This document shows positions 38,087-46,983 of a DNA stretch of 64,000 nt, piece after piece (position 1 is the stretch's first letter; each line of letters begins with the position of its first letter). The notes beneath the pieces are model-generated. The model had not been told where the DNA came from. It was given only the letters and a program-made list of their open reading frames with translations, and did no database searches. The position numbers and the translations under genes are program-made. The DNA comes from a bacterium (GTDB taxonomy: Bacteria > Patescibacteriota > Minisyncoccia > Phycocordibacterales > UBA9973), in assembly GCA_027484965.1 (NCBI GenBank), contig JAIXRY010000006.1:65738-129737 (forward strand). Direction: 5' to 3'.

Positions 38087-39997
38087 TTATTTCTCGGCAC
38101 CTCCAGTACTTTCGTTAGAATCGGTACTTTCGGCATCTCTTACTTCTTCTGCTTGAGGCTCAGTTGCTGTTTCTTGTGGTTGCGCTTCTGATTGATTTTT
38201 CATCATTGCTTCACCAATTTTAGACATTTCTGTTGAGAGTTCTTCGAGAGCTTTTTTGATAGCTTCTACATCAGTTCCTTCCTTCACACTTTTCACTGTA
38301 GCAATTTTTTCTTCTACACCTTTTTTGATATCATCTCCTATCTTTCCTTCTGCGTCTTTGAGAGATTTTTCAGCTGAGTAAATAGTCATTTCACATGTAT
38401 TCTTCACATCAACCAAGTCTTTCTTCTTAGCATCTTCGTCGGCATGAGCTGCGGCTTCATCTTGCATACGCTTGATATCTGCATCTGTGAGACCTGATGA
38501 GGCTTCGATACGGATTGATTGTTCTTTTCCACTAGTCTTTTCTTTTGCTTTTACATTCAATATTCCGTTTGCATCAACATCAAAAGTAACTTCAACTTGT
38601 GGCATACCGCGTGGTGCAGGTGGAATTCCTTCGAGGACAAATCTTCCAAGAGATTTGTTATCACTCGCCATTGGACGTTCACCTTGAGTAATGTGGATTT
38701 CTACACTTGTCTGATTATCGGCAGCTGTTGAGAATACTTGAGATTTTGATGAAGGAATAGTTGTATTTCTTTCTATCAATTTTGTTGATACACCACCTAG
38801 AGTTTCGATACCAAGAGAGAGTGGAATAACATCAAGAAGAAGCACATCCTTAACGTCACCTTGGAGAACACCTGCTTGTACAGCAGCACCGAGAGCTACA
38901 ACTTCATCTGGATTGATAGAACGATTTGGTTCTTTTCCATTAAAGAGTTTCTTTACAGCTTCTACGATTGCAGGCATACGAGTCTGACCTCCCACCATGA
39001 TGATTTCATTGATTTCACTCATTTGGAAAGGTGAAGCTTCCATAGCACGCTTAGTGATCTCGATAGAGCGAGTAATATATTCTTCGGCAAGAGAGTCGAG
39101 AGTTGCACGAGTCATTTTCTCTACCAAGTGTTCTGGACCATTAGCACCTGAAGTGATGAATGGAATATTGATTTCTGTTTCTGGAGTTGTAGAGAGTTCA
39201 ATCTTTGCTTTTTCAGCTGCTTCATCGAGACGTTGTAAAGCGAGAGGGTCTTTTGAAATATCAATACCTGTTTTCTTTTTGAATTCATTTACGAGCCAGT
39301 TGATAATCTTTTGGTCGATATCACGTCCTCCCATGTGTGAGTCTCCATCTGTAGACTTCACTTCAATAACATCATCAGATACTTCGAGCACTGACACGTC
39401 GAATGTCCCACCTCCAAAGTCATACACGACGATCTTTTCATTTTTCTTTGTATTAAATCCGTATGCGAGAGCTGCTGCTGTTGGTTCGTTGATGATACGC
39501 TTCACATCAAGTCCTGCGATCGCTCCAGCATCCTTTGTTGCTTTTCTTTGAGCGTCGTTGAAATATGCAGGTACAGTAATGATTGCTTCTGTAACTTTTT
39601 CACCAATCTTCGCTTCTACATCAGCTTTGATCTTCGCGAGAATCATTGCAGAAATTTCTTCTGGACGATTCCATTTGTCTCCAATGTTTACTTCTACACC
39701 ACCATCAGTTCCTTTTTGGATTTTGAATGGTGCTGTTTGTTGTGTTTTTTGGATTTCCGCATCTTCAAAACGGTGACCCATAAAGCGCTTGATACCATAG
39801 ATTGTATTTTGAGGATTTGTCACTGCTTGGCGCTTCGCGAGAAGTCCAGCAAGACGATCACCGTTTTTTGCAACAGCAACAACAGAAGGTGTTGTACGTG
39901 ACCCTTCTATGTTTTCAATTATCTTTGGTTGTCCACCTTCGATAATCGCTACCGCACTATTTGTTGTTCCTAAGTCTATTCCGATTATTTTTGACAT
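38087..39997 (-). CDS. dnaK: Chaperone DnaK
   Basis: [32 protein letters not shown]. Confidence 0.99.
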   Translation of the reverse strand: MSKIIGIDLGTTNSAVAIIEGGQPKIIENIEGSRTTPSVVAVAKNGDRLAGLLAKRQAVTNPQNTIYGIKRFMGHRFEDAEIQKTQQTAPFKIQKGTDGGVEVNIGDKWNRPEEISAMILAKIKADVEAKIGEKVTEAIITVPAYFNDAQRKATKDAGAIAGLDVKRIINEPTAAALAYGFNTKKNEKIVVYDFGGGTFDVSVLEVSDDVIEVKSTDGDSHMGGRDIDQKIINWLVNEFKKKTGIDISKDPLALQRLDEAAEKAKIELSTTPETEINIPFITSGANGPEHLVEKMTRATLDSLAEEYITRSIEITKRAMEASPFQMSEINEIIMVGGQTRMPAIVEAVKKLFNGKEPNRSINPDEVVALGAAVQAGVLQGDVKDVLLLDVIPLSLGIETLGGVSTKLIERNTTIPSSKSQVFSTAADNQTSVEIHITQGERPMASDNKSLGRFVLEGIPPAPRGMPQVEVTFDVDANGILNVKAKEKTSGKEQSIRIEASSGLTDADIKRMQDEAAAHADEDAKKKDLVDVKNTCEMTIYSAEKSLKDAEGKIGDDIKKGVEEKIATVKSVKEGTDVEAIKKALEELSTEMSKIGEAMMKNQSEAQPQETATEPQAEEVRDAESTDSNESTGGAEK

Positions 39998-40005
39998 ATA
40001 TTGTA

Positions 40006-40040
40006 TTAGGTTCTAGTGACTAGTTTCTAGTGACTAGAAA
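40006..40040. repeat. Heptamer tandem repeat (CTAGTGA/CTAGTTT) just upstream of dnaK
   Basis: ttaggtt-ctagtga-ctagttt-ctagtga-ctagaaa. Confidence 0.7.
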
Positions 40041-40053
40041 ATTAAATTAATAA

Positions 40054-40479
40054 TTATTTTTCTAATTCTTTTAAGAAAAATGGTATATCTTCTATCAGCA
40101 TTTCTTTTGAATACCACATTTCATCATCTGTATAAAAAATTTCTGAGTTACATATATCAATCAAAGCTATTGATATTATTCCAACACAAGCACCGGCTGC
40201 ATAATCAGCACCCCAAACAAAAGAAACTCCGCAATCAAAATCTTTAGACTTGTCTTTTAGTTCAGGAAAATCACTCAATAAATCATCAATATTATTAAGA
40301 TAAATTTCAAGACTAGTCTTTACTCCATTTATTTCACAAGATATTTCATCTAGACCGTCAAAGTTTTTAAAATCTTCTAGAAATTTAAAGTTAAAACCTA
40401 ATTTTTCAATTGCTTTTTCTAATGTTTCTTTGTTAGGAAGTTCTGATTTTTTAATTAGCGCTATTTGAGTCATTGACAT
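40054..40479 (-). CDS. Acidic hypothetical protein
   Basis: 141-aa ORF between the DUF4304-like gene and dnaK. Confidence 0.7.
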   Translation of the reverse strand: MSMTQIALIKKSELPNKETLEKAIEKLGFNFKFLEDFKNFDGLDEISCEINGVKTSLEIYLNNIDDLLSDFPELKDKSKDFDCGVSFVWGADYAAGACVGIISIALIDICNSEIFYTDDEMWYSKEMLIEDIPFFLKELEK

Positions 40480-40563
40480 AAATTTATATATAATTAATTA
40501 ATAAATTTTTAATTGTTAATTTTGTAATTTTTAAATAATACTCTAATTTTTTAATAATCTTAT

Positions 40564-41025
40564 CTAACTATCCTCTAAAGGAATACCTAACTCTTGTCTT
40601 ACTGCTGGAAGTAAAAAATAACTATTATCTGTGTATGTTTTCCTTATTCCTTCTTTAGTCGAAGTTTTTTCAACAAAAGGAATTATAAAATCTGAAAACA
40701 TTTTTTGCAATAATTCTCTTCTCTTTAAATCAGTAAACGAATTTTCAAGATTTAGTGCCTCATCGTATTCTTTTGGAGTCTGTCTAAAAATTACAGCTCC
40801 TCCAGATCCAAATTTTAAATCTTTACTTTTTTTAAAATTTTTACCCCAAACACCTTGAATGTAAATATTTATATTTACATAATATAAAGCTGAGAAATTT
40901 GAGCGTTGAAGATCTATAGAAACAAGACTTTCATTTTGTTCTTTAAACCACATATTAAAAGCTTTTTCAAAACCATTACTTTGAGCAATTTCATCGAATA
41001 AATTTTTAAATACATTTTTATCCAT
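40564..41025 (-). CDS. DUF4304-like protein
   Basis: GF.K....W......IDLQRSNFS..YYVNINI pattern recalled from DUF4304. Confidence 0.65.
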   Translation of the reverse strand: MDKNVFKNLFDEIAQSNGFEKAFNMWFKEQNESLVSIDLQRSNFSALYYVNINIYIQGVWGKNFKKSKDLKFGSGGAVIFRQTPKEYDEALNLENSFTDLKRRELLQKMFSDFIIPFVEKTSTKEGIRKTYTDNSYFLLPAVRQELGIPLEDS

Positions 41026-41062
41026 GGGTTTTATTATATATCTATACTTTCTTTTTTACAAG

Positions 41063-41082
41063 TATTTAGCGACCGCTAAATA
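41063..41082. promoter_or_regulatory. Palindromic operator candidate between divergent promoters
   Basis: TATTTAGCG-AC-CGCTAAATA between the -35 boxes TTGTAA (minus, 41056-41061) and TTGATA (plus, 41087-41092). Confidence 0.55.
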
Positions 41083-41120
41083 TGTGTTGATATTATATTC
41101 AATTATGATATACTGTCAAT

Positions 41121-41684
41121 ATGTTAAAAAAGCCCCATATTACAAAAGAAATCTTAAAATCTCTTGAAAATAAAAGGGCTTACACTCTTAATTCTATAAA
41201 AGATGACGTTGTAGATAAAATTAAAGCAACAAAAAACCCTAGTCCTACAGAGGGACAAACAAAGTCATACGCTGTAACTAGAGCACTCAAAAATATGGCT
41301 GAAAATGGCCTTATAGAGACACTTCACTCAGACAATGACACTTATCTAAGAATTACAAAAGAAGGTCGTCAGAAGCTAGTTTCTCTCAAATTAGACGAAG
41401 ATACAGTCATAGTTCCATCTACTTGGGATGGTCAATGGAGAATGATTCTTATAGATATTCCAGAATCAAGAAAGAATGAACGTGAGAGTCTTCGTTACCT
41501 CTTAAAGAAAGCCGGATTCGTCTGTCTAAAAAATTCCGCTTGGATATCCCCTTTTCCACTCGAGCACTTATTTATGAATATTAAAAAAGATTTAGGTCTT
41601 GAGACAGAAATGATTATTATCACCACAAATAGTATTGATGAAATAACAGAAAAAGAATTAAAGAAAATATTTCAGATAAAATAA
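41121..41684 (+). CDS. PaaX-like transcriptional regulator (wHTH plus Cas2-like domain)
   Basis: RALKNMAENGLI..LRITKEG (wHTH); WDGQWRMILIDIPE..R...R.LLKKAGF..L.NSAWISP. Confidence 0.85.
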   Translation: MLKKPHITKEILKSLENKRAYTLNSIKDDVVDKIKATKNPSPTEGQTKSYAVTRALKNMAENGLIETLHSDNDTYLRITKEGRQKLVSLKLDEDTVIVPSTWDGQWRMILIDIPESRKNERESLRYLLKKAGFVCLKNSAWISPFPLEHLFMNIKKDLGLETEMIIITTNSIDEITEKELKKIFQIK

Positions 41685-41708
41685 TAAAATCCCCATACGG
41701 GGATTTTA

Positions 41709-42299
41709 TTATTTCAAACTATAAACCTTCACTCTTGCGGGGCGGATTACACGGTCATTCATTTTGTATCCAGAACCAACTATTTCTGCAATAGTATGAT
41801 CTTGTGATTCATTATCAGTTTCAATAGTTTCTACAGATTCATGGAGATTTGGGTCAAAAGGAATACTAACTTGATCAATCTTAGAAACACCATATCCATC
41901 TAAAGTGCGAGTGAATTGTTGTTGAATATATTCTACACCTGCACGCCAATTCGCATCTACTTTTTCCCAAGCAGATTTGTTTGCAAAAGCCATATCAAAA
42001 GCATCGAGCGTTGGGAGAAGGTCTTCTACGAGAGAAATAGTGACATAATTCTTTAAATCTTTTCTTTTTGCTTCCTCGTCCTTTTGAAGGTTCACATAGT
42101 CGGCTTTCATACGTTGCCACCCTACGAGATATTCATCACGTTCTTTGCGAAGAGTCTTGTTCTCTTCGCGGAGTTTTTTTACTACGTCTTTTTGAGGAAG
42201 AGCATTTCCCTCTTCGTCACTTTCGACAAATTGAAAGTCTGACTCAATAGAATCATCAAAAGAGTCTTCATTTTTTATTTCTTCTTCATCTTGCATCAC
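41709..42299 (-). CDS. grpE: Nucleotide exchange factor GrpE
   Basis: RMKADYVN, FDPNLHES, GY.MNDRVIRPARVKV. Confidence 0.96.
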   Translation of the reverse strand: MMQDEEEIKNEDSFDDSIESDFQFVESDEEGNALPQKDVVKKLREENKTLRKERDEYLVGWQRMKADYVNLQKDEEAKRKDLKNYVTISLVEDLLPTLDAFDMAFANKSAWEKVDANWRAGVEYIQQQFTRTLDGYGVSKIDQVSIPFDPNLHESVETIETDNESQDHTIAEIVGSGYKMNDRVIRPARVKVYSLK

Positions 42300-42400
42300 A
42301 GTAGTAAATTTATATTTTTTTAATAATTAGACCTATATTTTATAAGACCGAACACGTATATTTCTTATTGTTACTTATAATCAATAAATTACTACGTGAC
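42295..42400 (-). promoter_or_regulatory. Structured grpE 5' leader, RNA-thermometer candidate
   Basis: Leader 5' end GUCACGUAGUAAUUUAU is complementary to AUAAAUUUACUACUGUGAU, which spans the start codon. Confidence 0.6.
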
Positions 42401-42433
42401 AGGTATGCTTGTATTATAAAGAAAAAGTTATTT

Positions 42434-42468
42434 TAAGCAAATTAAAAAGCGTCCAAAATGGACGCTTT
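42434..42468. repeat. 35-bp direct repeat, copy 1 (contains a terminator)
   Basis: TAAGCAAATTAAAAAGCGTCCAAAATGGACGCTTT, identical to 43577-43611. Confidence 0.95.
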
Positions 42469-42480
42469 AAAAGAACTTTA

Positions 42481-43479
42481 CTAAAAGACAGAAAGATTTT
42501 GATCTGATTGGAATAAAAGTCTAGACTCAGGATTTTGATTCCAGACACGAACTACTGTTTTTACTAAATAACGAATCTGTGGCAAAGTACCGTTCATACT
42601 AAGTACATACATACTATTTGATTCGGGACGAAGTTGAAATGTAATATCGCTATTAGGAGTATCTAGTGTGACTCTTTGATAACCACACATCTCAAAACAC
42701 ATAACTTTGATTGAACTAAATTCACCTGACATACCACGAAACTTATTTTGATCAAACAATTCCTTCATACCGTTAAAATAAACTTCATCCTGAAAGAATT
42801 GACACAATTCATCTAGTCTTCCACCAATAGTAATAAATTCACTATCTTTACGTATAATAGCTCTTGTAAAAATACGTTGATTGAGATAAAGATTCTCAAC
42901 AAGATGTGAGCTGTGGTCAAGTTTTTCAAAGCCCTCTTCAGGTTCAGAGTAAATAGTAATTTGCATTGAGCGCTCAAGGAAAGCACCAAATCTACAATTG
43001 GGACCTTGATCATCATTTCCCATGTCTTTGTGATATGAACAAACTTTAATCCAAACTAACCATTTTGTCTCATTCCATAACGGATCCGATAACCAACCTT
43101 TTTCATTCTCTGTTTTCCAAAAAATTCTTTTTGAAAAAATTTCATGGTCTTTTTTGTTAGCTTCCCGTTCATTACGTGGCCACGGAACACTGTTAATACT
43201 TTTCCCTTCGCTATTAATAGCAAAAAGATACTCACCTTGCCGCATGACTTGGCCTTTATGAGGACCATCATAAAAAAAGTGAAGTGAATTCTCTCCGAGT
43301 CCAGAATTATCAGCTTGGCGAAACATAAGCGTCTTATCCGCTTTTTCAACCTTAATAGTAAGGTTTGTAAGTGTTAAACCATCATTTCCGTCAAATGGTT
43401 CAAGTCGAGCATTCATAAGCTCGGTAATAAAGGGATATTGTTTAATTAATCCCTTGTTTTTTGGTGATTGTACATTCAT
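42481..43479 (-). CDS. Hypothetical protein (332 aa)
   Basis: Long ORF with its own TTGACA promoter (43567-43572), flanked by 35-bp direct repeats. Confidence 0.85.
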   Translation of the reverse strand: MNVQSPKNKGLIKQYPFITELMNARLEPFDGNDGLTLTNLTIKVEKADKTLMFRQADNSGLGENSLHFFYDGPHKGQVMRQGEYLFAINSEGKSINSVPWPRNEREANKKDHEIFSKRIFWKTENEKGWLSDPLWNETKWLVWIKVCSYHKDMGNDDQGPNCRFGAFLERSMQITIYSEPEEGFEKLDHSSHLVENLYLNQRIFTRAIIRKDSEFITIGGRLDELCQFFQDEVYFNGMKELFDQNKFRGMSGEFSSIKVMCFEMCGYQRVTLDTPNSDITFQLRPESNSMYVLSMNGTLPQIRYLVKTVVRVWNQNPESRLLFQSDQNLSVF

Positions 43480-43576
43480 TTTTTTATCTCCTATTTTCTA
43501 TAGTTTTTAAAGAACTAGTATTCCACTAGTCTGTTCTGAAGTATTTTTATCATAAAAAATTAATAGTGTCAATATA

Positions 43577-43611
43577 TAAGCAAATTAAAAAGCGTCCAAA
43601 ATGGACGCTTT
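43577..43611. repeat. 35-bp direct repeat, copy 2
   Basis: Identical to 42434-42468. Confidence 0.95.
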
Positions 43612-43938
43612 TTGAAAAAAATAACCTTACCACCAATGAATAAAACACTCTTGGTCCAGAGCTTCGGTATCAGACTACACACTGCCTGAATTTTAATATG
43701 TAGTACAAAGCACATCATATTATTGTGTCAACCTTAGCTTCTGGTCTGGGATTTCTCCTTTTTGTTAGCCTAAATCAATATCTAAAAAGATAGAGGGTGC
43801 GATGAGTTTTTCACACTCCTTTCAAAAGTAAAAACTAGCAAGTTTTTTAAAGGTAGAAACCCTTTACTTAAGAAGATTTGTTTATGCATAAAACAATACT
43901 GCTAACTTTCAGGTTATAAAAATGAGCTATGTCCATCT
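43585..43938 (-). ncRNA. Candidate large structured ncRNA (~330-350 nt)
   Basis: Promoter TTGACT...TATACT (43973-43945); no long ORF; closing helix AUAACCU/AGGUUAU; at least 7 internal helices; terminator at 43587-43613. Confidence 0.55.
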
Positions 43939-44006
43939 AAAAAAAGTATATATCCTTTAAAATTAGAAGTCAACAAAAAACTTCCCATTTTGGGAAGTTT
44001 TTATTT

Positions 44007-44093
44007 TTAACGTTTTGACCAATGAGGGCACCTCCGGCTTTTTGGAAACCTTACAGATTCAGTACACCTTTTGGATATTTTATTTCTCGTTAT
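44007..44093 (-). pseudogene. Diverged second copy of the rpsI 3' end
   Basis: Reads ..KSRRCPHWSKR* against S9 ..KARKAPQWSKR*; last 15 nt identical; no in-frame ATG. Confidence 0.55.
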
Positions 44094-44158
44094 TCATAAA
44101 ATATCTCAAAAGGTCTTGCGTTTTGGGTCCCTTCCCTAAACTCACCCACGTTTTCCAA

Positions 44159-44190
44159 ATAAAAACACTCTCGATCGAGAGTGTTTTTAT
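44159..44190 (-). terminator. rpsI terminator (32-bp perfect palindrome)
   Basis: ATAAAAACACTCTCGATCGAGAGTGTTTTTAT. Confidence 0.85.
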
Positions 44191-44192
44191 AA

Positions 44193-44606
44193 TTAACGTT
44201 TTGACCATTGTGGAGCTTTACGAGCTTTTTTGAGTCCGAATTTACGGCGTTCTTTTGTACGTGGATCACGTTTCAAGAATCCGATTTTCTTAAGTGGTGC
44301 ACGAAGTTCAGAATCTATAAGAGTAAGTGCACGAGTAATACCGTGACGAACAGCTTCTGCTTGAGAGTGGATACCACCTCCTTGTACTTGAACAGTAACA
44401 GTGAATGTATCTTCAATCTTACTTTCTGTAAAAGGGTCCATAAGGATTTTGAACAAACCTTTTGTCATGAAGTATTCTGCACCTGGCTTTCCGTTTACAG
44501 TGAATTCCATTGTCTTACTTGGAACCATTTTTACAGTAGCACTTGCTGTCTTACGACGGCCAACAGTACGAAAATATTCTTTTGTTGTTTTCTTTGTTGT
44601 TTCCAT
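44193..44606 (-). CDS. rpsI: 30S ribosomal protein S9
   Basis: GRRKTA, GGG..SQAEA.RHGITRAL, RDPR.KERRKFG. Confidence 0.98.
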   Translation of the reverse strand: METTKKTTKEYFRTVGRRKTASATVKMVPSKTMEFTVNGKPGAEYFMTKGLFKILMDPFTESKIEDTFTVTVQVQGGGIHSQAEAVRHGITRALTLIDSELRAPLKKIGFLKRDPRTKERRKFGLKKARKAPQWSKR

Positions 44607-44607
44607 A

Positions 44608-44949
44608 TTATTCAATAATTAAATTTTTCATACGTTTTGCACGTAGTTTGTTAGCTGGGAGCATTCCGTATACAGCAAGTTTGAAAATTTCTGCATGACC
44701 CTTTTTAGCGATCACTTGTTCAATACTTTCCATTTTCAATCCACCTGGATGACCTGAGTATCTTTCGTGCATAACAGTCTTTGCTTTTTTAGGAAGAATA
44801 CGAACATCTTTACTATTTATGATAGTAACAGTGTCTTCTAGAACAGCGTTCTTTGCAAATTCGGCTGAGTGCTTTCCCATAAGGATAGTCGCTACTTGAG
44901 TAGCTACACGTCCGATTGCTTTTCCTTTTGCGTCAATAATGTGATTCAT
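44608..44949 (-). CDS. rplM: 50S ribosomal protein L13, short form
   Basis: IDAKG..IGRVA..VA..LMGKH, YSGHPGG, AVYGMLP. Confidence 0.95.
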   Translation of the reverse strand: MNHIIDAKGKAIGRVATQVATILMGKHSAEFAKNAVLEDTVTIINSKDVRILPKKAKTVMHERYSGHPGGLKMESIEQVIAKKGHAEIFKLAVYGMLPANKLRAKRMKNLIIE

Positions 44950-44966
44950 ATAATATAATTTAAAAA

Positions 44967-45323
44967 CTATGCAACTAGTTCGATTATTGCCATAAGACTT
45001 CCGTCACTTGTACGACGAGGAAGCTTGTAGATACGAGTGTATCCTCCGTTGCGATTTGCAAAAGCTGGTCCAATTTCTTCGAAAAGCTTCTTTGTAACAA
45101 GTTCGTTGTTGTAAAGCGCAGAAAGCACCAAACGACGATTTTGAAGTGTGTCGACCTTTGAACGTGTGATTATCTTCTCAACCATAGGGCGAAGCTCTTT
45201 TGCTTTTGCGTCTGTAGTTGTGATACGTCCATGAGTAACGAATGAAATAACGAGACCTCTCATAAGAGCAGTTCTAGCGTTTTTTGTTCGTCCAAATTTT
45301 CTTACAGAATTATGATGTCTCAT
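44967..45323 (-). CDS. rplQ: 50S ribosomal protein L17
   Basis: MRHH, GRITTT.AKAKELR, RNGGYTRI. Confidence 0.98.
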   Translation of the reverse strand: MRHHNSVRKFGRTKNARTALMRGLVISFVTHGRITTTDAKAKELRPMVEKIITRSKVDTLQNRRLVLSALYNNELVTKKLFEEIGPAFANRNGGYTRIYKLPRRTSDGSLMAIIELVA

Positions 45324-45360
45324 AGTAATAATTTAGTGATTAGTAGTAGTGATTAGCGGA

Positions 45361-46341
45361 TTATTTTAGAGTAATTCCAAAATTTGCTAATACTTTTTTG
45401 ATTTCTTGAATTCCCTTTTCACCCATTCCTTCTATTTCTAGTAGGTCGTCTGAGTGCTTACGAGCAATACCTCCGAGTGTACGGATATTTGCTGATGTAA
45501 GTGAATTAAGAGTTCTTGTTGAAAGACCGATTGAATCAATACGAGTCTTCATTATGTCTGCCATTTCAAGACTTTCTTTTTCATCTACTTTTTCAGTAGC
45601 TTCGTCTTCTTCTACAAGCATAGGAGCTTCTTCTTTTGCTTCTACTACTTGTTTGAATTCAACAATAGATTCGAGTTGGCGGATCATTGTAATAATAGAA
45701 CTTTCAAGTGCTTCACGTGGTGTGATAGTTCCATCTGTTTCTATAATAATTCTTAAACGGTTGTAGTTGGTATTATCATCTACACGCATATTCTCAACTT
45801 CGTAGCTCACGCGACGAATAGGAGTGAATGATGCATCTAGGATAATAGTCCCAATATCAACCTTTGTTTTTTGGTGTTGTTCTGAAGGAACGAAACCAAG
45901 ACCTTTTTCAATTGTCATTTCAATTGAAAGAGATGTATTTTTATCAGTAATTTCTGCAATATGTTGATCTGGAGTTGAAATACTTACTTGACCAGAAACC
46001 TTGATATCTTTTGCTGTAACTTGCTTTGGTCCTTTTACAGAAAGTGTTACGATTTGAGGTTCGTCAGTGTGTAGTTGAAAACGAACTTGACGAAGATTCA
46101 AAATTATATTTATAACATCTTCACGTACACCATCGATAACAGAAAATTCATGACTTACGCCATCAATTTTAACTGAAGTAATAGCAGCACCAGGAAGTGA
46201 TGAAAGAATGATACGACGGAGACTGTTTCCTAGAGTGTGACCGTATCCAGGGTAAAGACCATCGATTTCGTAAGTACCGCGATTACCTTCTTCATTAACG
46301 ATACGAGGCTTTGATGGAAGTTTTATAGTGTGATCTAACAT
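45361..46341 (-). CDS. rpoA: RNA polymerase alpha subunit
   Basis: GYGHTLGNSLRRIILSSLPG, HEFS.IDGVRED, C-terminal domain. Confidence 0.98.
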   Translation of the reverse strand: MLDHTIKLPSKPRIVNEEGNRGTYEIDGLYPGYGHTLGNSLRRIILSSLPGAAITSVKIDGVSHEFSVIDGVREDVINIILNLRQVRFQLHTDEPQIVTLSVKGPKQVTAKDIKVSGQVSISTPDQHIAEITDKNTSLSIEMTIEKGLGFVPSEQHQKTKVDIGTIILDASFTPIRRVSYEVENMRVDDNTNYNRLRIIIETDGTITPREALESSIITMIRQLESIVEFKQVVEAKEEAPMLVEEDEATEKVDEKESLEMADIMKTRIDSIGLSTRTLNSLTSANIRTLGGIARKHSDDLLEIEGMGEKGIQEIKKVLANFGITLK

Positions 46342-46371
46342 ATGGACGCAAAATATGATTAGTATTAATAA

Positions 46372-46968
46372 TTAACGACTGTAGAACTCTATCACTGTGT
46401 TCAAATTCAGATACCCTTCAGTATTTTTCGGTGCGCCCTGTACAGAAGCAACAAGTGTGTTTGAATCAAGCTTCAGCCAATTTGGAACAGTGTATGTCTT
46501 AAGACGTTTGTCAATTTCAGTAAAAAGTGGACTCTTTTTACTTTCTTCACGCGGTGTTATAACATCGCCAACACCAACTAAGTGTGAAGCGACTTTTAGG
46601 CGCTTACCATTTACGATGATGTGACCATGAGCCACGATTTGACGTGCGAGAGCACGTGTATGAGCAATACCGAGACGGTATACTACATTGTCGAGACGAC
46701 TTTCGAGAAGTTCGAAAAGTTTGTCTGCTGGTGAAAGTCCACGAGATTCCATAGCTACGCGAACGTAGTTACGCATTTGACGTTCACTAACACCATAAGA
46801 AAAACGAACTTTTTGTTTTTCAATAAGTTGAGTTCCGAAGTCAGAAAGTTGTTTTGGACGCTTATCGTTCTTTCTTTTTGCTTGAGAAATAACAAACTTT
46901 TGAGTTTGACATTTTTCATATACTCCAGGACCGAGACGGCGACAAATTTTATATTTTGATGTAGTCAT
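46372..46968 (-). CDS. rpsD: 30S ribosomal protein S4
   Basis: QLIEKQK..YGVSERQ, LLESRLDNVVYR, IEFYSR. Confidence 0.98.
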   Translation of the reverse strand: MTTSKYKICRRLGPGVYEKCQTQKFVISQAKRKNDKRPKQLSDFGTQLIEKQKVRFSYGVSERQMRNYVRVAMESRGLSPADKLFELLESRLDNVVYRLGIAHTRALARQIVAHGHIIVNGKRLKVASHLVGVGDVITPREESKKSPLFTEIDKRLKTYTVPNWLKLDSNTLVASVQGAPKNTEGYLNLNTVIEFYSR

Positions 46969-46983
46969 AAATGTTATTAAAAA

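Noticed and set aside
38997..39901. Long plus-strand ORFs inside dnaK
   Set aside because: Antisense frames caused by codon bias of a conserved gene.
41121..41684. Cas2-like domain as a sign of CRISPR-Cas
   Set aside because: It is fused to a wHTH in the PaaX arrangement; no cas1 and no repeat-spacer array were seen.
43621..43640. T-box-like UGGUGGUA just before a terminator
   Set aside because: No convincing antiterminator or specifier stem, and the downstream gene has its own promoter and is not amino-acid related.
43621..43917. Retron msr-msd reading of the terminal inverted repeat
   Set aside because: No reverse transcriptase motifs in the adjacent 332-aa ORF or elsewhere in the window.
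44015..44233. 72-aa plus-strand ORF
   Set aside because: Crosses the rpsI terminator and gene end in antisense; the minus-strand S9-like reading explains the region better.
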